Part shown: in pieces, positions 57,070 to 64,000 of the stretch
How the letters are laid out: every line of letters starts with the position of its first letter
How positions within the stretch are numbered: position 1 is the first letter of the stretch
Assembly (NCBI GenBank): GCA_951406725.2
Contig: OX597817.1
Coordinates: forward strand, 82,398,001-82,462,000
DNA: 64,000 bases
Source of the DNA: Octopus vulgaris
Taxonomy: Eukaryota
Direction of reading: 5' to 3'
The notes under the pieces: model-generated
The model's input: only the letters and a program-made list of their open reading frames with translations
Databases searched by the model: none
Told to the model about the DNA's origin: nothing
Position numbers and translations under genes: made by a program

Positions 57070-58175
57070 TGTGTGGTTGATAATACTGTAAAAGATTGGT
57101 TTAAGAATATCAAGAATAAGAATAAGGCTAAATTTACCCAGTTTGATATAATAGACATTTATCCCTCTTATCTCGATCACTGCATGATAAAGTTATTGAC
57201 TTTGCTAATTCCTGTGTTGAAATTGACTCCATTGATCTAGATTTTATAAGGCATGCGAAGACAAGAACCCTTGTTCACTAAAGGATTGGCATGGGTATAA
57301 AAAAGTTGCATAGTGATGAACTATTTGATATATCTATGGGATCACATGGTAGTGCTGATATCTATGATCTTGTGGGTTTATTTATATTAAACACATTCAG
57401 ATATAGATACCCAGATCCTGGCATTGGCCTATACCGTGACGATGGTTTAGGTATTTCCCATGGGTGTAATGGTCACACCCTTGATAGATTTAGGAAAAAA
57501 CTACCTTCACACTTTAATCAGTTAGGACTTAAAACCGCAGTAGCTACTAATCTCTGTATAGTTGATTATTTAGATGTTTCCCTAGATTTAAACTCCTCCT
57601 CGTATAAAGCTTTCCATGAGCCTAATGAGAAGCTCACATATATACATAAACAGTTTTGTCACCCTCCTGTAGTATTTAAATATCTGATAGCGAATATTAG
57701 TAACAGAATATCCAACCTTTCTTCTTCGAAAGAAATTTTCGACAAAGCTGCTTCCTACTATAACAAAGCCCTAGCTATTAGTGGCTTCAAAGATAAATTG
57801 ATATATAATCCCTCTATTAATCAAAATATTAATAATAGATCTAGTGGCATGAAAGATTAAGTAGTATCTAACCACTTTAGTATTAATCAGGATAATAAGA
57901 AACCAAAAAATAGGCAAAGGAAAATTATTTGGTTCGCCCTTCCCTTTACCGTTAATGTAAAAACTAACATTGGTAAAAGACTCTTGTCACTCCTAGACAA
58001 ACACTTTCTAGCTACTCACAGATACAGGAAAATATACAATAGTCCTTCTGTGAAATTATCATATAGCTGCTACCCAAATATGAAGAGTTTCATTACACAT
58101 GTTCAACACCAAGAACCTGGATCCAGCTGCAACTGTCGCTACCCAAGTTCCTGTCCACTTGACCAATGATGTAAG
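57070..58175 (+). mobile_element. Degenerate Penelope-like element, Naiad-type RT plus Cys knuckle
   Basis: DWFKNIKNK..FTQFDIIDIYPS, FDISMGSHGSADIYDLVGLFIL, GLYRDDGL, VDYLDVSLDL, HPPVVFK, IIWFALPF, CNCRYPSSCPLDQ*C. Confidence 0.85.
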
Positions 58176-59186
58176 ATTAATCTTACAACAGTTTTCCAAT
58201 GTGTCATTTTACATTAACAAGAATGTCTCATTCCATGTCATAATGTTTATTAGCTTCTCTAGGTTGCCATACGTTTCTTGATAAAATAAGTTGCCCTTTT
58301 TTCTTAGCAGTGTTTTTTAAATGAATGTGCTGCTCGTTTCTGACATTGAGTTGTTAACATTAAAAACGTATGCAAGCCTTAACAGAAATCAGTCTTAACA
58401 AGACACTTTGTCGTAGCGGAGAGCTGTTACAGATAGCTGGAGGTAGTATTATTATAAGAAACATTTCGATTTTATTTAGTAATTCATAAATTTATCGCGA
58501 ATTAACAAGTGATTAAATATATATACATAACAAATTACGGTGGCGAGCAGGCAGAATCGTTAACATGCCGGGGAAAATGCTAGCGGCATTTCGCCGACTT
58601 TACGTTTCATCCTTTTGAGGTCGATAATATAAGTACCAGTTGATACTGGGGTCAATATAATCGACAGAGCCCCTTCCCTCGAAATTGATGGTCTTGTGCT
58701 AAAATTTTAAGCCAATAATATATAAAGAATTAATTATTGATTAATACATTTAACAAAATACATAATGATGTACAACGTCGAATTTGCTTCGTCGTATGAA
58801 TTTCTCATAATGATTTAACTGCTAAACTGAGTTTATTGCGAATTAATATAATTTTAGTTATATTACATAGTCAGTGATAATTAATGATTTTATGTAATCA
58901 AATTAGCTCCTAAAACGTAATAATGTAGTCCGATCTTCATTTGAAACATCTGATAATTAAACAGTTTGAATTTGATCAACTATTTATTTATTTTCAACAC
59001 ATGAAGTTTGCCATATAAAATTTAAATTGTTCAACTATGTGGCACCAACTGCTTGGATGATCCGTCTCATATTTGCTAAATTACATTTTTGACCTATGTC
59101 GTTTAGATTCCAAAAATATACTTTTTTACAATATTGGATTGCTTTTCTTTTACATGAAATATTTCTCACATCATCGATTTCTATAT

Positions 59187-60241
59187 AGAGGGTGCGATGG
59201 GTACGAATATTTCAGAGGGTTTGGATGTCATTCTGAGCACAGTGCAGAGGGTTCGGAAAGAGCTGGATTAGTCTAATGGTAATTACGAAGGTACGGCAGC
59301 TTGGAAAACTCACTCTGACCGTTCTGATACGAAAAGAAAACCTGAATTTGTTGGTGAGATCTAGGCCATTATTGACAATGATTCCTCCAAGTCAATCAAG
59401 TCCATCGCTAGGGACATGGGAGAGTCTGAGTTCCTCATCAGGCAAGTAGTGCATGAAGACATTTGGTATTCATCATACAAAATGAAAAAGGACCAATTTT
59501 TATCCCTAGCTATCAAGAACAAGAGGAAGGACAGCGCTGCGAAGCTTTTGAACAATCCCAAGCCTCCCGTCAAACCGAACAAACTTTAATCTTTCTCAGA
59601 CGAGAAAAATTACTGCTGAACAGATGCTGAACACACAGAACAACCGTTGGCTTGCAGTGTCCTCAGAACATGTACTGAAAGTAATAAAAATTAAACATCC
59701 AGTCAACATCACGATGTTTGGAGTGGTCACTAGTGACGGCGACGTTACGTCTCAATTCATCTTCCCACACAGCTTCGGACTCAACACAGAAGCCTACATC
59801 AAGTGCATGGAGGAGGTTTTGCCCTGGGTTAAGAGGGTGGCTACTGGAAGACCTATGTCAGGCAACAGGACTTTGCCCCATGCCACACAAGCAGGAGAAC
59901 CCAGCCATGGCTGTCAGACAATTTGTGCAATCACATCACCGCTAACATCTGGCCAACAAAACCAACAAAACTGCTTGTAACACCAAAGATGAACTGAAGG
60001 CAAGGATTATGGCATCATTTACCAACTTAAACGAGGAGACCGTCCAAAAGAGTTGCAGGAGATTCCGAATTTGTCTGGAGGCCGTGGTTGAAGCAATTGG
60101 CCATTTTATTGAATAAATTTACTCTCTAGTATTTTAAGATATTTCTATGTAATTTTGGTGAATATATCTGTTAAAATGAGATGTCAATATTATTTTCATT
60201 TTTGCTTAATTTAGACGACAATTTATTCCCCGCACCCTGTA
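59187..60241 (+). mobile_element. maT-like Tc1/mariner element with both TIRs, internally deleted
   Basis: Ends ta-gagggtgcg / cgcaccctg-ta; FSDEKN, NNRWLAV, KHPVNITMFGVVTSDGDV. Confidence 0.85.
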
Positions 60242-61499
60242 CACATAGCCTTGCATTTAGTATTGATAATATAAGTTCCCTGATCATAGTTGAGTAACTT
60301 TTCAATATGTTCCACATATTCGTGGCTCTGTGCCAACTTATTTACCATGTCCCATAAAACTAAGATCAGGTGACTGAATTGAAATTCGATATTTTGCATA
60401 AATGATTTAATTTATAAGTGTTATGGCTAATTGCAGTATTAACATAGTGACCAAATTTCATTAGTAAAGTCGTAAATTAACATTTTATTTCAGTTTTTGT
60501 AATATATGCTGTTGTGGAATTGGATAGGTAATAGGATGAAAGAGAGAGAGAGGAAGAGGGAGAGATATTAGCCTATATAAATGGTACATGTCATACTTTT
60601 GTTATACTATCGATTATTTGTATCTATAATATGATTAATTGAAGTCGTGTAATATATTTCTTTGGGGATATTGTTACTCTTTACGCAGTGCTTATGGCTA
60701 TTGAGATAACCAATATTTGAAAGATGATTTGCTTTATAATAAACGGAAGTTCAGCAAAACAATCAGCGAAAATAACCAGCTAAACAGAAAACGATTTTAT
60801 TTTATAAAATATTAGGAAAATATCAAATGAATTCGAAAAGACGCTAAATTTACTACTGGAAGCAGCTGTTGTTATTTCGATAAAACAGATTACTTCCTAG
60901 ACATAGTAGTATCGATTCGAACAGCAATTTTATTTATTTTATATATTTTGTATTGTGATTTCTTTCAAAGAAAGATCAGAGCTCAGTCATAAATGAATGA
61001 GGTTAACTGAAAGAAACTAAAATCAAAATCAATAATTGATTCATTTTTAGTATAAAGTCTGGTCTTCGCGTAGGACGACTCATCCATCATTTTTAAACAT
61101 ATATATACCTTTATTACTGTATATGGTCCAGATTCCGAACTCCTTGGTTCAATCCAACAAGCGTATTCATAAATAAACCATGTATTACAGTACATCTTTG
61201 CACTGCTTAGAGTAGAATCTTTGTTTAGCTAAATTCTGTTTAGTCAGCTCGTTCATGTTACAACTTAGACCATAGAACTATTGTTTCTACTTTGGCCTTG
61301 TTTAAATGAACCGTATCATTAAGAGTACAAAGGAGATTTTTAAGCAATAAATGATTTCACGTGATTCATTATATATTTAAAATAAGGATAGTCAAACTCT
61401 ACCTTGCAAGAACTGGAGAGAGTTATTTTAAGCGAATTATTTGTTCATTTGAAAAGTTGAATCTATGACATAATACACCAGGAAAAGTACAAACTAAAA

Positions 61500-61701
61500 T
61501 ATGCCCATGAGCATATGGCGTAGTGGTTAAGAGCGTGGGCTGCTAACCCCAAGATTCCGAGTTCGATTCCCCGCAGTGACCTGAATAATAATAATAATAA
61601 TAACAACAACAACAACAACAACATAAAAAAATACCTTTGGAAGGAGAACGCAGGTTCGAAATTTCTCCAAGACACCTGATGAAGGCTTGAGGGTATATCA
61701 A
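61500..61701 (+). mobile_element. tRNA-headed hammerhead-bearing element, copy 3 (complete tRNA-like head, hammerhead truncated)
   Basis: A box tggcgtagtgg, loop ctgctaa, B box gagttcgattcc, (AAT)n(AAC)n spacer, gacac-CTGATGA-aggct. Confidence 0.75.
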
Positions 61702-61935
61702 CAAATGTTTGTGCTCAGTCTCTCCATCAAATCGACATTAATTGTACGTTTGCTTGATGTGCCACACAAAGTACTGCAAGGTTCTTGAACCGAAACCACG
61801 AGCTCTATGTTGTGAATGCAACGCTCTAGCCACTATGTCAGGCATCATCATGAACCTTAGCTACTTTTCCACTAATTCAGCAGTAATAATCTAATATCTC
61901 CCACTCTACCACTAATTTGACAACGCTAATCCTAA

Positions 61936-62224
61936 GGCCCAGTGGTTAGGGCAGCGGACTCGCGTTCGGAGGTTCGCGGTTTCGATTCCCAGACCGGGCG
62001 TTGTGTGTATTTATTGAGCGAAAACGCCTAAAGCTCCACAAGGCTCCGGCAGGGATGGTGGCTACCCTGTTGTACTCTTTCGCCACAACATTCTCTCACA
62101 CTTTCTTCCTGTTTCTTCAGTAACGCTGCGATGCACTGGCGTCCCGTACAGCTGGCGGGTGAACACATACGCCATAGAAACCGGGAAACCGGGCCTATGA
62201 ATCTGGCTAGGCTTAAAAAGGGTG
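61936..62224 (+). mobile_element. SINE family B, tail type 2
   Basis: Matches 41219-41508. Confidence 0.85.
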
Positions 62225-62420
62225 AAAAAATATCCTATCATACATAAGAGCTAACTCAACATTGATATAAATCTTTTTAAAGCACCACTAACGAATAGTT
62301 TTTCATTTGATATCAATAATGCAACTCAATACGCTTTCATCTTTTTCCAGGGCTAATTCATAGAGACATTAGAAAATAATTCTGATAATTTTCTTACTTG
62401 ATATATTTATCATTTCACAG

Positions 62421-62634
62421 GTGCGTGCGCTATTATGACATCCCATCAAACTGCAGAGAAGTGAACAGCACACAGGATCATTGCTGCAGCTCTCTTGAAT
62501 GTAAACCACTTCAACCTCTATGTAATGACAAAATTGCAACTTGCGTTAAGTACGGGAAAATCATTTGCTCGGACCCTTCGTTTCAAGACTGGGTATTGGA
62601 AAATTGTGCCAACTACTGTAGCGTCTGTATGTAG
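62421..62634 (+). CDS. Exon M: VWC5 C-half plus second ShK domain; probable last coding exon (CVRYYDIPSNCREVNSTQDHCCSSLECKPLQPLCNDKIATCVKYGKIICSDPSFQDWVLENCANYCSVCM*)
   Basis: catttcacag| acceptor; TAG at 62632-62634 just after the ShK CxxxCxxC; a possible gtatgt donor starts at 62627. Confidence 0.85.
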
Positions 62635-62938
62635 AATTTCTTGTTTCTTTTCCTTTTAACATATTTTTCCTATGCGTGTACATATACTCACACCTATGCA
62701 CAAACATACGCGCACGCACACACACACATACGCACATTTTGAGGCCTCAGACACAATTGGGTCTTCACAATAACTTCAAGTCGACTCTCAGTGAATGTTC
62801 CATTGTTATTTTTAAATTGGTTTAAAATAAGCATATTCTAACTCCTACCTACATGCAAACGAAAGCCCTTCCTTCATATATATATATGTATATATATGCA
62901 TATGTATATATATATATATATATGTATATATACGTATG

Positions 62939-62969
<31 letters not shown>

Positions 62970-62990
62970 ACATGTATATATATGTGTGTG

Positions 62991-63033
<43 letters not shown>

Positions 63034-63036
63034 TTA

Positions 63037-63071
<35 letters not shown>

Positions 63072-63109
63072 TGTATATAATATATATAAAAACACACGTA
63101 CTATATATA

Positions 63110-63331
63110 TTCAGTGATATTTATTTTTACATTAATCTTAATCTATTTGGCCAAAGTTCTTTCGTCACATTGTGACCGCATTATCCTTTGTTTTCTTTCA
63201 TTAATTGTCTCTCCTTACTAACCGTCAGCTGACGGTTAGTAAGGAGAGACTGAGGAAAACAAAGGACCACTATGCGTCATACGAAAGAACTAAATAAGAT
63301 TAAGATTAATGTAAAAATAAATATCACTGAA
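63110..63331. repeat. Foldback palindrome with a perfect loopless 44-bp core (63207-63250)
   Basis: gtctctccttactaaccgtcag|ctgacggttagtaaggagagac; outer arms ttcagtgatatttatttttacattaatctta / taagattaatgtaaaaataaatatcactgaa. Confidence 0.9.
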
Positions 63332-63429
63332 GCAAAATAACACCAAATATATATATGTATGACCATTCGTAATATAACAATATAACACACGACTTCACAT
63401 AAAAAATCTTGCACAACAAATATTTAAAC

Positions 63430-63581
<152 letters not shown>

Positions 63582-63583
63582 TT

Positions 63584-63878
63584 GGAGGCGTAATGGCCCA
63601 GTGGTTAGGGCAGCGGGTTCGTTGTCGTAGGATCGCGGTTTCGATCCCAGACCGGGCGTTGTGAGTGTTTATTGAGTAAAAACACCTAAAGCTCCACGAG
63701 CCTCCGGTAGGGGGTGGCGGCGATCCCTGCTGTACTCTTTCGCCACAACTTTCTCTCACTCTTTCTGCTCGCTTAGCCAGCAAGGTTTCGTCATTTGAAG
63801 GCTAAAACAATGTGAAGCGCACTGTGACCAGCGATGTGTGGCAACATCTGATAGCCTGGTCAGTCACGGTGACAGTGA
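63584..63878 (+). mobile_element. SINE family B, tail type 1
   Basis: Matches the reverse complement of 7911-8220. Confidence 0.85.
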
Positions 63879-64000
63879 TATATATATATATGTATATAAT
63901 GTGGATATTTAAATCTCACTCCATGTATTTAAACAAGAGAAACAAGGCACTCATATTTTAGTTCAATATGGAATTTATTAGCCGGTATGGAATTTAAAAC

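Noticed and set aside
58166-58172. In-frame TGA in the Naiad Cys knuckle (CPLDQ*C) as possible selenocysteine
   Set aside because: The conserved Cys follows the TGA, so the stop falls at a variable position; the element is decayed and no SECIS is visible.
61509-61582. tRNA-Ser(GCT)-like gene
   Set aside because: Acceptor stem pairs poorly, there is no long variable arm or T-run terminator, and related copies vary at the anticodon; treated as a repeat head.

Overview
AT-rich animal genomic DNA dense in microsatellites and transposon relics. The SINE families, repeat landscape and gene type suggest an octopus or other cephalopod; this is inference only. The window is spanned by a + strand multi-exon gene that the ORF track mostly misses. 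Thirteen exons (2630-62634, 1711 nt) have canonical AG/GT ends and compatible phases. They encode the C-terminal ~570 aa of a cysteine-rich extracellular-type protein: half VWC, ShK, 8-aa microexon linker, five 10-Cys VWC modules, ShK. The 5' end lies upstream of the window. The introns hold Penelope-like elements (two Naiad-type RT/GIY-YIG relics, one Neptune-type GIY-YIG), an R4/Dong LINE, CR1-like relics, several Tc1/mariner relics, Helitrons, MITE-like palindromes and at least four tRNA-derived SINE families. The most unusual signal is a cluster of minimal type I hammerhead ribozyme motifs in the last 17-kb intron. It includes a three-copy family in which a tRNA-like Pol III head is joined to a hammerhead, and a near-complete hammerhead in the loop of a 414-bp foldback. 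Exon boundaries were counted by hand; repeat boundaries are approximate.
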